DNA from: Klebsormidium nitens
Taxonomy: Eukaryota; Plantae; Klebsormidiophyceae
Assembly (NCBI GenBank): GCA_000708835.1
Contig: DF237548.1
Span: forward strand, 1 to 46,345
DNA: 46,345 nt
Reading direction: 5' to 3'
Shown here: positions 12,801-25,643 of the stretch, piece by piece
Position numbering within the stretch: the first letter of the stretch is position 1
How the letters are laid out: each line of letters starts with the position of its first letter
Position numbers and translations under genes: made by a program
Notes under the pieces: model-generated
What the model was told of the DNA's origin: nothing
Databases searched by the model: none
The model's input: only the letters and a program-made list of their open reading frames with translations

Positions 12801-15800
12801 CGAGAGGGCCAAGCGTGAGCCCAATGGGACTGTCAGCTCACGGGTCAACAAAAGCCGCAGCACAAAAACGTGTACCGCTACCATGAAACTCTAGTGGAAG
12901 TCATCGAGTCTGTATTTCGCATGGGCTAAAGGAGCCCTAAAATGGGTTTTCTCTAGAAGCGGTGATGAAGCTAGACAAGCGAATGTCTTGATAAAACCGC
13001 TCTCCACGTTGCTTGCTTGCATCCGCTGCGAACGGATGCTACATCAACCACGGGAACGAAAAGAGAAAGGGGAAAAAAAATTGATTGTGTCCGGAATCAG
13101 CAGCTGCATGTGATAGCTGGCACTTCAAAGTTCAGACCCGACTCTAGTAGAGGGACCGTATGACGAAAAGGAAAGAAATCTAGACGTCCAATCGACTCAA
13201 GTGGCCCTCGGTTGAAAGTCAGCAAGCAGCCCGGCCACAACATCCACAACGAACGAGGAATGTGTTTGAATCTCCGGTACACGGCATCAGCGTTCTCCAG
13301 CTTTCTGGTTGCGCGAGGACTCGAAGAACGTAGGCTTTGAAACCATCACCAGCCAGCTTGCCCCCAAAAATCGACAGAGTACGTCGTAAGAACGCGAACG
13401 GCCGTACCCATCGCAATTGGGATCTTTGAGGGCCGGGCTGCCTTAGTTGAACGGACGTGCACAGTTTGTACTTTAAGTGCAAAAGCAGCCATATTTCTCA
13501 GCATAGTGCAGGTGGATATTTCACGAAGGAAGTAGCGATCGCGCTTATGCCCATCGCGGCAAGACACCGTAAACCAACGTGGACCGCGAGTGACGCCAAA
13601 CTGGCAAGCCCCGGCTTGCTCAAACGCCCACTGGCAGAATTGGCGCTCTACACACAGACAGCAAACACTCGAGCCCCCTGCGGATATTTTGTGCCACCGA
13701 ACTTCAACCCGGAGAAACTCGAGTGAACACTCTGAGCTTCACCCTTAGAGCTTTGGACAACTTTCGATCCCACGTGATTTCGTAGGTTCCAATCAACCTT
13801 GATGGGCTTCATGCAGCGGGAGAGAACTTAAAAGTGCTGCACTCTGCACAACGTGAAAGAGTGACGTCGAGAGATGCTTGACTCTAGGCTATAGTCCGGT
13901 AGCGTCAGACACTGGCCTTCGAGGGTAACTGGCGCAGGTGGCGCCAACCGACAGTTCCTTGCTTCACGGCTGCCGCCTATCTGAACTACTAGCAATTGCA
14001 CGTTTCATATGCTCAGGGTAAATCAAGGAGACGCAGCTTGGGGCCCTTCAATTGTTGTAAGTAATACAAGCCGTAGAGTACCTGAAGCAGCCCGGCCACA
14101 ACTACAGCAAGTGAGCCCAAGCGTACAGGTTCAAGTTCGGACTACATTTAGATGTCCAAAAACGGCATCATTTGACCTTCTTCACAAATCTTCTGTTCAT
14201 TTGGAAACAGAGTCATTGGTTTTCAAATCACCGCCTAGCTGTAATGGTAAAACGCATTGTCGCAGGAAGTTGAGCCGCCCTCCATCGCAAACGAAATTCA
14301 CAGCAAGCAGGCGCCGCGTCAGGTCGCCGCGAACTGCAGCGGCACAACCAGTGCCAGATCTCGTTGCAGTCGCTGCAAAACGATTTGCAGACAGATCCGC
14401 GGCGACGGTAAGCCTAAGTACTCGTTTCGATGTTGCTTCTGACGTCAGGCGTTACTTACAATCAAGGGAAACCTGCTTTTAAGGGAATGGTGTCCGACTG
14501 GTCGTCTGCTTGCGAAAGCTGCAGAGGATGATGGAGCAGAGCGCCGGTAGACGTACACGGATCATCAGCAAACACGGAATCGAAGTTTGCACTTTCGCTC
14601 TTACGGAACTTACAGAGAAAGTACAGACAAAGTATGAGACCAAGATGCCAATCCAGGCTAGCTTGCCCATATGATACCACCCTTGCTGTCAGGAGGTGGG
14701 ATGGAAGAGAGGCGCGCATCTCAGAGACGTACGCAAAGTTTTCCAAAGCCTAGGGTCGATGTGAAAACGCATTGAAGATCGGGAACTCCCTGGAGCTCGA
14801 CCCAATAGTCTTCTGCAATCCCCTCGTACCACTCGAACATGAGTTAGGCCCGGATCCAGAACTGCGCATCTTTTGCAACGGGTTACGAAGAAAACGTCAG
14901 GACTCGTGCCACCAAATGGTCTGGACAAGTCACAGCCCAGGCCAAAGCTTGACGGAATCAAGGCCGAGGAGCCCATTGCGAAGAAAAGCCCATTCCGAAA
15001 AGAAAAAAATGCTCAGAAAAGTGCAGCCACTAGATTCGTCGTCTACAGCCTGCTTCCAGTTAGATTGCTCGGGAGCTTTGATAGCCCGACACAAGCTCTC
15101 GAAACTTTGGACAAAACTCGAAGCAAGGGATGAAAGATTCGCAAGCCGAGAGCATCGGCTCCGACAAGCACAACCTCCGCGTCGGTGCAAACTGCCATGG
15201 GCCAGCAAATGGGCCAAGAGCATCGATCCACCCGAATCGCGGACTTTTTAGGCCAGAAAGATTTACGCAAGACTTCTAGATGCTGGACCAAAGACAGGTC
15301 AAGCGTTCCCTTTTCTTATTTCTTGAAAGGAAACAGTGAGACAGGTGGATCCGAAACAAGAGAATGATAATCGCTAACCATTCTAGACGTTGGCTTTATG
15401 TATCGGGAGAAATCCAGGACATTTGTGCAGACATGGTAGTATCGCACGTGCCCAGGAACATATTATCACAGCCCAGAATTTTGTTGGAACAAGGCAAATC
15501 GTCCGGAGAAAGCAAAACAAGAACCTGGTCGAAGAGAAGTCGATACTTAAGACTGGTCATGGGATTGCCAAAGTGCCTGAAAGCTAGGCGACACTTCGGG
15601 AGCCGACGGCCAGCCGATCGGATCGGGCCGTAAAGATGAAAGAGCTAGCGAGAACGTTGAGCAATCTGAGTTACGTAGAAATGGAGTTTGATAAAACGCA
15701 TTGATCCTCTAGAGTTGACATCGTGCTTCTAGCAGATCACCACTCGAGCTTACGTCCCTAAATCCTAAAGACTGGACAGCGGAGATCACGCCTGCCAAAT

Positions 15801-17849
15801 CATCGTATTAGCAATCAGCGCCGCAAGATGATGATCCAACTCAAACGATAATGAAGTGGGCTCCCCAAAATCGAATCTATCGTCAAAGTGCCCGCGGACA
15901 GGCGGGGCGATAAGTCTGACGTGATGCAGTCCCTTCAGGAGAGAGCAAGCTAGAGGTCCTTTGGCATGAAAAGAAGCCCTTTCAAATTCTGGCGAATCGT
16001 GTAGAATCAGTTTGAAGAAATTTACTTCATACGTACGCCATTATCATTTTCCAAAACCCAATCTTGACATTAGATTGACCATGACCTGTTGGGCGGCACA
16101 AAGTCCAAGTTAGGGTTCTCTTTCATTGCCTTTGAAAAACTCAAAAAAGAGAGTTGCGTCAGAAATTTCACTCCTCCTATGGCCGGCCGAAAAGAAGAGA
16201 AGAGAGGTTTTTACTCATGCAACCTGGTACGCCCCACAAGTCCAAAAGAGTTCACAGGGAACGTCAAATCTATTCATGTACAAGGATTCATTTTGCCGCG
16301 CCAAAGACTTCGAACACACACAAGAAGGACCCACAGATGTAAAAGCTTCTGCAGCTCTAGAACTTAGAAGAGCTAGAGCTTTCCTTCCCATCAAAGCACA
16401 TAAGCAGTGTTTTGAGACTACAGGAAACCCGCCGGAACGGTTGGCATCAGGCCGTCCGAGTCGTCAGTACGTGGCTTTCAGCTCCAACGAGCATAAACGC
16501 AAGGCGTTCGGCGGCAAAACTTCATAACCAAGTTTCGCCTCGTTCAACAATTGCATAGTACGTGAGTTTTCCGTCGGCATGGAAGGCAGGCAGCACCGAC
16601 TACAACGCTAATCTATGTGGCAGAACCGATCAGAATGATTCGGGAAGTTGTCGAGGTCCGGGTGCAGGGCCCAGCTCTAAAGTGCGAATTGCCGCATGCA
16701 AGTACTAGTACGTCGCTTCCGCTTCAATGAGGCTTCGTTGTGAACCGGGCCCGAGGTTTGAGATATCAAGTTTGGTCGGAAGAGAGCAGATGCTTCAGGT
16801 GGATCACAGTCAGCAGAAAATAGCAGTGAAACTATGAAGCAAGTAGAGCTCTCAAACACTAACCATCAAAACTCTGGAGCATCTCTAAGGATCTCCTGTG
16901 TGCCGGGGATGGAGACAGACTATGAGAACGGGCACGAGCGTCTCCGGCGCAAAAGCATCGACGTCGATCGGCCAGTCAGAGTTCCCGAGGAGCTCTATGA
17001 CTATTGGCATTCGAATGCCACGTGCCATTTGATAAAACCGCGTGCAACAAACAGCCAGCTGCCACAGGAGTTGGAAGCTCGGAGTCAACACTCGGCATAT
17101 GCATTCTCCCGCAGAACCACTTCGACTATGCGGTATGTTTTCCACGACGACTGCACGCTTGTAGCCATTGACCTTGCTAAACTCAAAAGCGGAAACCAGC
17201 ATACATACCAGCTATGCTCCTTCACGAACGGGCTTCACATCGTGATAAATGCAACAAAGAATCATATGCTTCGAGAAGCACAAGTTGATCATCACAACAT
17301 CATTGCCGAACCAGTCCAGTGACCGCAAAGGGACTGTAAGGGTGAGAGAAGCGGGACCGCAACCCACCAAAACCAGCGGTTGGCAATGGAATCAATGAGG
17401 GCACACGGCGTCGACCTGCCGACAATCGAAACGTGTAAGTAGCCAAATCAGCAGACAAATATACGAAAACGAGATCTGCTGGTCGACAGCTAGTACCAGC
17501 GGCGGGCCGCTTCAATCCATCGGGACCTTATTCTGTGCTCGTAGCGTGCACAGATCCCGGCAGAAGTCTTTGGCGACTTCCCTGAACGGTGAGAGGCTGT
17601 ATGGACCAAGAACATTGGACACTGGAATCTCTTATTATATTCGGACGTACGCGCGCAGAGGCTGACACTAGATGGCCCCAATCATTAGCAGGGACAACGA
17701 CGGCCGGCACTGGGAAAGCAGAAGGTTGTAATCCGGAGTTGTTTGTAGAGAATATGGCGTCAGGTCAGGAGATGAGACAAAATGAAGCATCTGAGGTATT
17801 GAACCTCAGGCCGGGCGTGAACTCCTCAGAGCCGAATTTCGTACGTTCT
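9805..17849 (-). pseudogene. Degenerate array segment, probably two units of the divergent subtype
   Basis: 9780-10080 aligns by eye to 17830-18130, 11840-11920 to 17230-17310, and 14640-14900 to 18800-19040. Two TGCTTCACGG markers occur (10751, 13960). One minus frame reads from ~17870 to 16885 with scattered stops (...RSLDWFGNDVVMINLCFSKHM...), resembling VNLCFSKH at ~11.9 kb. Confidence 0.5.
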
Positions 17850-20800
17850 CCGCCCACATGAACGATAGAAGGATCCGGAGTTAGGATTCCGCATCACTTT
17901 TCGCGATCAGGATGGAATCATCTGGCTTATATGTCGCCGCAACATGATTCTGCCGATGTCAAGTTCTTGTGCGGCTCAAACGCGCGTGCACACTTAGTAA
18001 CGTTCCTTAAGACGCCTCCACTCGCTTCATTTCTCCAACAGCCTGAGGGCGAAGTGTAAGCTCATCATTGGATTTTATAACCTGACGGGTCAGCCGTCGG
18101 ACCGTGACGCTGCCGGGCTAGAAGTGTACGTTTCGTGTAGTTCCGTGTGCCTCGCGTAACAGCTGTATGGCGCCGTAACGTACCTTGGTTAGGCGGAAAC
18201 CCAAACTTTCAACGGCACCTAGCAGGGCCGACAAGCGGATCCAATGCCAGATGCTCACGTTGTACTCGGAAAATTTTACAACCACGGTTCGAAAGAAAAA
18301 AGCGCGCTCCCTTTGGACTCATATGGGCAGCCGTATGTGACAGTCTACACGTATAACACTAATTTCAATCGGTTAACTTAGTCTAAACACCCAAAGAGGA
18401 GATTAGCCGTGTTCAAACTTCAACGAGGCACGATTCCAAGCTTCTCGCCTGCTATATATAGAAAGATCGACAGCAAGCAAGCAGCCCAGGCACAGAAACC
18501 ACAGCAAGTGAGCAAAGTGTTCAGGTCCTTTGAGCTATGTTCAAATCGAACAACGGATGGCATCATGATCCTCTGCACCGTGCTTCGATCTGTTTTTGAG
18601 CGGAAACACCCCATATTGAAGTTGAAAGTATAAACAAGCACTGCTAGAATGATTGGGACGGTTCATAACTGGTCTTTTGCGCGGGAAAGCTGCATCATGA
18701 TGAGACTCGCGACGGTGGACGTGCGTGGATCATCGGCAAACAAGGAAATTTTGCGCTTGCGCCTTTACGGAAACTTACTGAGACGGTGTGAGGCCGTGTT
18801 CATGCCATTCTAGGCTTGCTTACAGTACAACCGTTCAAGTTGCTGGTCAGGAGTTGGGCAGGAAGAGAGGCGCGCATCTCAAAGACGTGCTCAATCTCTT
18901 CAAAATTCTGAGGGTCGGTGTGGAAATGCCTCGACGATCTGGAATTGCCTGGAGTTTGAGCCCAGATTCTTTTGCGAACTTCCTCCACTGAAGGCAAAGA
19001 TAGACCCAGATACCAGAATTGCGCATATGCATTGCGAGGGATTCCAAAGGAACATTCGGCCTCAGTGCGCCTGGACTGGCTCTGGACGAATCGGGTCCAG
19101 TCCAAATCTTGACGGGATCATGGCCAAGCAGCATAACTCTCAAGAAAGATAATAATAAGCAAAGATAATAGTAAGCTCCAACTAACACTAAAAACCCTAA
19201 GCCAAAATAAAACCTGCTCCGCACCCGTACCCACCCTAACCACCAAACCAACCCTACCCGTCCCAGTGCGGTTACCTTATTATTATCTCGGCTTATTATT
19301 ATCTTTCTTGAGTTTCATCCAAGCAGCCCACTCAGAAGGAAAAGCATACCCTAGAAATGCAAACTCCGGAGTCGTCGTCTGCAGCCTCCAATCGATTCTG
19401 CGTGTCGATTAACGTTTCGAAAGCAGTTGACAGGACGACTCCTGAGTCGGAAAAGGTCACGAGATCGCGAGCAACGGCGAAGCTCGTGAGTTGGTGTACT
19501 GGGTTGATTAAAAAGGATACAGGTTATTGAACAATAGACGGCCGGAGAGCAAGAGTCGAGATACAAAACTGAAAACTGATGCCTGGACGTCCGCTATACG
19601 TTACTTAGCTCGTATTATATTCTGTAACCGCTTCGGCGTCAGCATATTTAACCGCTTGCAACCAGCTTGTACACGCAGAGTTTCAGAGCTGGTCGGGAGG
19701 ACGCAGATGGCTTGTGAGCCCAATCATTCAACTCAGTAGCCTCTCATTCTGAGGACCCGAGAGATGAAGCTAGACAATGACGTAGCCATCAAAGCGGCTC
19801 AGTTCATCACGGCGTCAGCTTTTGTACAATCAAAGTGTTCATCGCCCAATTCTGCATCAAAGCCGGGCACGAATGACCCTGTTCAGTTATGCAAAGTTCC
19901 TTGCAAAGGGGGGCAGCGAGCTTGCACAAAGGATAGACTGGCAGATTGCACCGACTTGATTGTTAACATGTAGTCTGCATTAAAGGCTTTTTTGAGACCG
20001 CTGGTCGCCCACTCTCTCACTGGTTGCACTACAATCCGCCGGACCGCTTCCACCGGCAACATGTAAGCTGGCGACGAGAAGCACCAGGTGTATATTGAAG
20101 TCACAAAACCCATCGTAAACGTCATCCGACGTCATCTCAATCAAGGGCTTTTGGAACGTCATGACCTCGTCGTGCACTCCGACTATGAGATGACATCGAA
20201 GGAACCACGCCTTGAGAGATCAGACCTCCCGGTTGATGGGACCCATTCTCCAAGCGCAGCCAACTAGACTTTGACGTGTACACATATCCCAACCACCCCA
20301 GTTTATCCTGTAACGTACCAAGCTCACCACCGGCAGCTGGCGCCGGCCTGCGGGCGAGCATTGATTCAAAACTCTTGTGACCAAGTCCCGTTCCAATGAA
20401 CCATCTGATGTAGGATCTGTTCAGCTGTGCTCTTGCTCCAGACATAAAAGCTTGCAACCAGATTAGAAGGTAATGGATGCAAAACGAATTGGTGAAGCAC
20501 GAAGACATGCACACGGGATCTACTGGGAGTTAGAGAATAAAGGCGAAACCCACTTAAACCTCTACAAAGAACCGGGCAGCGTCGGAATCCTTTGAACGCG
20601 CATGGGAGCACCCACCAGCCTTTTGCTTCACCGCTTTTGTTAATAGAGTAATTCCGGAAGAATTGTTCTAGAGTCGCTTCCAAAATAGCCACATGAAAAG
20701 TGAATGCAGGTTCGATATGCTTAGGTCAGACCAATGTGGCGTCCTTAGCTAGGGCGCGCTATATGCACTGATCAGGACCGCAGCTTTGGATCAGCACCCT

Positions 20801-22143
20801 GTCTGGAGCAGTACCTCCAGCAACCTGGCTACCTGTCACGTCACTGCTGCTGGACAGAAGCATGCTACAAAAACATGCAAACAGGAGCACCGATATACGA
20901 TACCGATAGTGCTCCATCGTCACCGGCAACGCGGAAGCGGTTACAAAATTGGCAGTAGGTATCAGGGCAAACTTGTCTGGCGTGACAAGACAAACAGGCC
21001 AGGCGCCAAACCAGTCGAGCGCACGAATGATGGTGATCCGAAAGCTCGCGTCTCCAATCAGGGAGCGCGTGACACACAAAGAAGCCACCCGAAAAGTTTC
21101 GCGCACTGCCTCCAATTACGGAGCCTTAGATTAAAGGACCAAAAAAGCAGGTCGTCGGGAAAAACTCTGGCGATTCGGAGACGAACTCTCGCATATTTGA
21201 AAAACTTCCCATCTTTTGATAGAAGGTGAGCACCCCTCGCCACCGACCCTCTGATCGACAAGCTGTGAACGCAACCAAACTCGGCCTGAACATCCTGAAA
21301 AAGACGCGCTGCAGGTTCACTAAAATTTCAGGCGACGCTAGAGAAGACCTTCTTAGCTTTCTCGCATTACAAGGGTGAGCTTCCCGCTGTAGAAAGAAGC
21401 TCGATCCGCTCTATCGATCCGAGGCACCGAAAGAATGAAGAGAAAACGAAGCAACATCCGATAAATGTGTCATTATTGGCCTAGCGGGTAATCGGCCAAC
21501 CTTGACAGCTGATCGTAAGTTCAAAACAGTCGTGCAGCCCACAAGTGCAGCCCACATGAAGCGGAGACATCGACCTCTTGCGGCGCGCACTGCACATTTC
21601 CTCTTGTAGTGTGTCTCAAAAGTGGTTGTGAATAGGATCACGAATGCAAGCACCGATGGTCTTATACAAAAGGTTGCGTATCGGATGAAAACAGGTAGCC
21701 AGACCTGTTGTTATTTGCTTGAGTGGCACGTCGAGTTTCCTCCGTGGCCTTGAAGATGCCATGAGCGGTGGATGATGATACCCATCGTTACAAGCCGACA
21801 GAGCCGAATCCCAGTTCGTGTCACGAACAGCTGAACTAGAAGTCCACGAGTCAAGCCTCCAATCATGGAGCGTGGAGTGCCAAGATGCGCAAGAGAAGTG
21901 ACGTGTTTCGAAGGGACACGCTCCGAAAAGAAGAGCCCGACTGGAAAGGCTATGCCAGTGGCTATTGGGCTTTCGGCAATCACTTTGATGCGCAGTCGTT
22001 TCCAGCCGGAAAAGTCGACACGACTAGCACTAATTGATGATGCTAAACGCAAACGCAAGCCCATAACTCTCTTTGCAAAGTGGGTGTCGGCATCAGAAAC
22101 CATCACTCGATGAGCCGGTTCTTAAACAGCTCACGTCTTGGAT
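17850..22143 (-). pseudogene. Degenerate array segment (one or two units) carrying the 186-bp MITE
   Basis: Markers at 17850, 18096, 18861, 20606 and 20624. 20600-20830 aligns to 10740-10930 and 32900-33120. Confidence 0.5.
19133..19318. mobile_element. 186-bp miniature TIR element with 9-bp TSD (Mutator/MULE-like MITE)
   Basis: CCAAGCAGC occurs at 19124-19132 and 19319-19327, directly flanking the element. There is a perfect 22-bp inverted repeat, CTCAAGAAAGATAATAATAAGC (19139-19160) / GCTTATTATTATCTTTCTTGAG (19291-19312), extending imperfectly to ~37 bp. The interior is A/C-rich on the + strand, unlike the flanks. 9-bp TSDs are typical of MULEs; the superfamily call is inference. Confidence 0.75.
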
Positions 22144-25100
22144 GCATCTTGGCCGATTTACCAGCGTTCCCTAAAGTACGAATCCGTATATTGAACTGCA
22201 CACGGAGCTCTAAACAGTCACCCGTAGCGAATTTAAGACTAAGCACACACCTCTTGCACTTATTATGTTGACCGGCAAAGCCCGGTTGCGCAACACAGAG
22301 GATGGCGATTTAAAAAAGATTATAGATGCGGGCTGGCAGGGTCCGTCCTCGAACCACAAACGTAACGGACGTAAACCTTCCCGAAGCGCAGCTCCAAATT
22401 TGTCGCCAGGTGGGCAGGATGAATCCAAAGTTTGCGGCCAGTAATTCGAGACACAGCAAAATCGAAAAGGAACCAATTGCCTAATCTAAGGTTAAGAAGG
22501 GACTGCAAGACCATCTGTCCCAACCAAGCCTCTCCAATCACTCTACGATTTTCTCGATCAGAACCCTCGACGGGAGGTGAGGAGCACTGTTCAGGCTGTT
22601 TTCAAATGGATGAGGGGCCAGGAAACGCTTGGAAAACGATCTGAGGAATGAGAAGGGGAGGAGGACAGCATGACTCGTCACCAGGAAATTGGCTCAGGGG
22701 CTGCCTCGAAGTGAACTGCGGTGACCTTGAATTGAACAGTACTGGAAATATTGTTTTCTTACTCCGCATCAGGAATCGAGACCTGGACTCTTGGAAAATT
22801 CGGGGTTCCAGACGGGGTCCTTGTGGTGGCTTAGAAGCACGATCAGAACGCCCTCAAGAGACGTGCTCAGCGTTTCTCAGAAAATTTCCAGCAATCTGTT
22901 GACTATGGTCTCAACTTGTGCTCTGGAATTAAGAAGAATAACGTTACGGACTTCTCTCACTCGAGCGCCTTCAAGCTGGGCCCAAGCACTAGACAGGCGC
23001 ATGCGCTGCTACGGATTGCAATATTTGAAACGGTGGCCTCAGTTCCACGAGTGGCGCTCGGTCGGTCATAGCCCAGTCCGAGCTTTGGCCCGGAATCATT
23101 GCCAAGCTGCTCACGGGACGAACAAGCAAATGCTGAAACCCGTGAGAATTACGATTTTGGCGTACTAAAAGCCCTCGTCTACAGTATCCGAGACATGCGT
23201 TACAAGCGCTCCGGAATATCTTAGCCAAACGAAGGGGTAGCAAAATTCTGCATAATAGCAAAAGATGCTGAAACAACTGCGCCAAATATGAAGAGGGCTT
23301 ACGCACCAGGCGTATAGCCGTCGCCGTTGCTCAAGAGTCGGATCTAATGTCGGAGACTCCGAGTGCCTGTGGGATTTGCGGGGAATCAAGCTCATGCCTG
23401 GAGCTTTTCAAAGCTGTTCCAACTAAGCAACTGTAATTGCTCGCAATCATGGAAACGGATATCGGATTCCGATCAGAGTTGGACAGATTAGGAGGGCAGC
23501 AGATCAAAGGGAAGCCACACTCGCTGCTTCGTTGCAAGGACGTCAGAACCGACAGGACCCAACCGACAGATACGACAACTTGAATGCTCGGTAAGATTTC
23601 GAAGCTGAGCACGAAACGGAGGAGTAGCGGCGGAGCAGGTGGCATCAGCCCATACACCAAATGACAATGAACCATCAGAGTGTCCATCGCGGACCTTTGC
23701 ATCAAAGCCGATTCTCTGCGACAATTTCCTTAATCTCTTCAGAAAGGCGGGTTCATGGCAAACGGGGTTGCAGACTGCTAACAGAGACGCGGACAAGCTG
23801 ACTTAAGGGACTGGCCTTCTCTGGATTCAGCATGTGCGCTTCCGGACAGGTTCAGTCCACTTTGGACCACATTTCCGAAGCAAACATCTTCATCGCCAGA
23901 GAAAATCGGTATATCCAACATGAGGCTACGTCGAAACCTAGTAGACATCATCCAACTTAACTCAGCCTGAGAGCTTCTCGCACGCGACCATGAATCAGAA
24001 CTAACAAGAAAGAACAGGGCGGATCATGCGATGGGAGCCGTGCTTCGATGAGGCCAGGTAATCTGCTTCAACCGCAAACTTCAGCAACAATAGAGTATAG
24101 TTAAGCAACGCTAGGAAGCGACCGCGCCTGAAAACGAGCTTGATCTGGGCAACTCTAGGTGCAGAGGGTTACTGCAACAAAGAGGCGCCAATGCTGAGAG
24201 CGACCTTTCGAGACTGCATACGTTGCGCTTTCGCCTTGAAATGCACCTGTGGCATCGGGACTTGCACAGTGATAGTCGTGACCCGGTCACTCAAGCGCAA
24301 AAGGGTTACATCCAGCGGAAAGATAGGCGGGCGGGAGCTGTGAAGATCTTAACTTTACCAAGGAAGACAAAACAATTACCTCACTGCAGAAGAAAAGCAG
24401 GCAGCGTCATCAATCTTCCGTCCATTCTTGCCTGGTAAGCACTCACTAGCTTCAATCTGCTTCACTGCTGTCGACAAAGACTCGCTCAACAGGCGGCAGC
24501 CTTGAAAGGATGCAAGCTTGAGTGATTTGCTAACGCTACACCAATCGAGATGCGTAGGGCCCGTGATTTGCGCGAGAAAAAGTGGGCAGCTTCAGGCAAG
24601 AACCTGCGTCTGAGACTTCTGATACTTCCCAGGAATCGGTTCGTGCGTCATTGCCGCCGAGATGAATACACCCGTGCGAAGATCCACAAACGAAGCGCGT
24701 TTCAGTGGTAGTGTGAATCTCCATCAGCGATACGAAGTACTTTCAAAAGTGCAACCTCTGCACGCAAAGGCGGCCTGCGAAATCGTTCAAAGCGAAAGAT
24801 ACTGGCCAGCGAACGTAATAAACGGAAGCGCACGTCATACCCTTTGGAGCTCGCGGCACACCTGACTTGGCAACCTCAGATACCAATACAAAACATTCGC
24901 GCATTGCCTCCAGATCGCCAAGTGAAATAAAGCGGTTTGGAATTCTCGGAGATATGTCTAACGGACGAGAACTAGAGAACCTTAGACACGGGTTTGGGCT
25001 CGATCGAAAAAACGGGCCTCGAGGACTCCCTATGTTATCTTCCAAACATATGTGGACCACTTCTTTTTACGCGACCACCTAACAATCTACAGAACGCTTC

Positions 25101-25643
25101 AGTTTCGGTCTGTTTCCTTGGTACAGTGTCAAAGCTGACGCGAGTAGACAGCGTTGTAGCGTCCTACTATACAGAAGCCCCCTTGGCTATTTTCATCTGC
25201 TGGGTATAGATAACATTGATTGACTGGCTTCAGTTGGTCCTGCTTCCCTGGACGTTTGCCATGGAGAGTGCATCACAGCCATCGTCGACATCCAATTGAC
25301 AACGGACACGTGTCTTATATCGGTCGGGGCGAACCCCATTCTCAAGCAAACCGGGAGCAAACCTCAAAAGGCGATCGCCTCGGCGACTGCCCATACACAA
25401 ACGTCATATAAACATTTCTCCATGGGATGGGAGCAAGAAAAAGAGCACAATCACAGGCTTTATAGCTGATTGAATCTCGACAATCTCCTTCCTGCAAGCG
25501 TAATCAGCCAAAAATATTGACAGACTGACGTATCAGCATGATTGAGGACAGGTCAGCCAACACAAACCCTTCCGGTCAGGGCATCAGCGTACACCGCCAA
25601 CATTGTGAGCCGGTGCTTATTGACGCAGCCCACTACAGCAAAT
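22144..25643 (-). pseudogene. Degenerate array unit (~3.5 kb), intermediate subtype
   Basis: Bounded by GCATCTTGGCC markers. The minus ORF 23331-23705 (MDTLMVHCH..LMP) matches the minus ORF 31332-31661 (MDFLMVQCH..LMP). 24440-24780 aligns to 32905-33270. Confidence 0.58.

Noticed and set aside
18900-18950. HFHTDP / RFHIDP (14760), resembling the HxD motif of 2OG-Fe(II) TET/JBP dioxygenases
   Set aside because: A 1-nt indel between the two copies makes the frame ambiguous. An alternative frame (AF.HRP) shows synonymous changes too, and no distal His/Arg motif was found.
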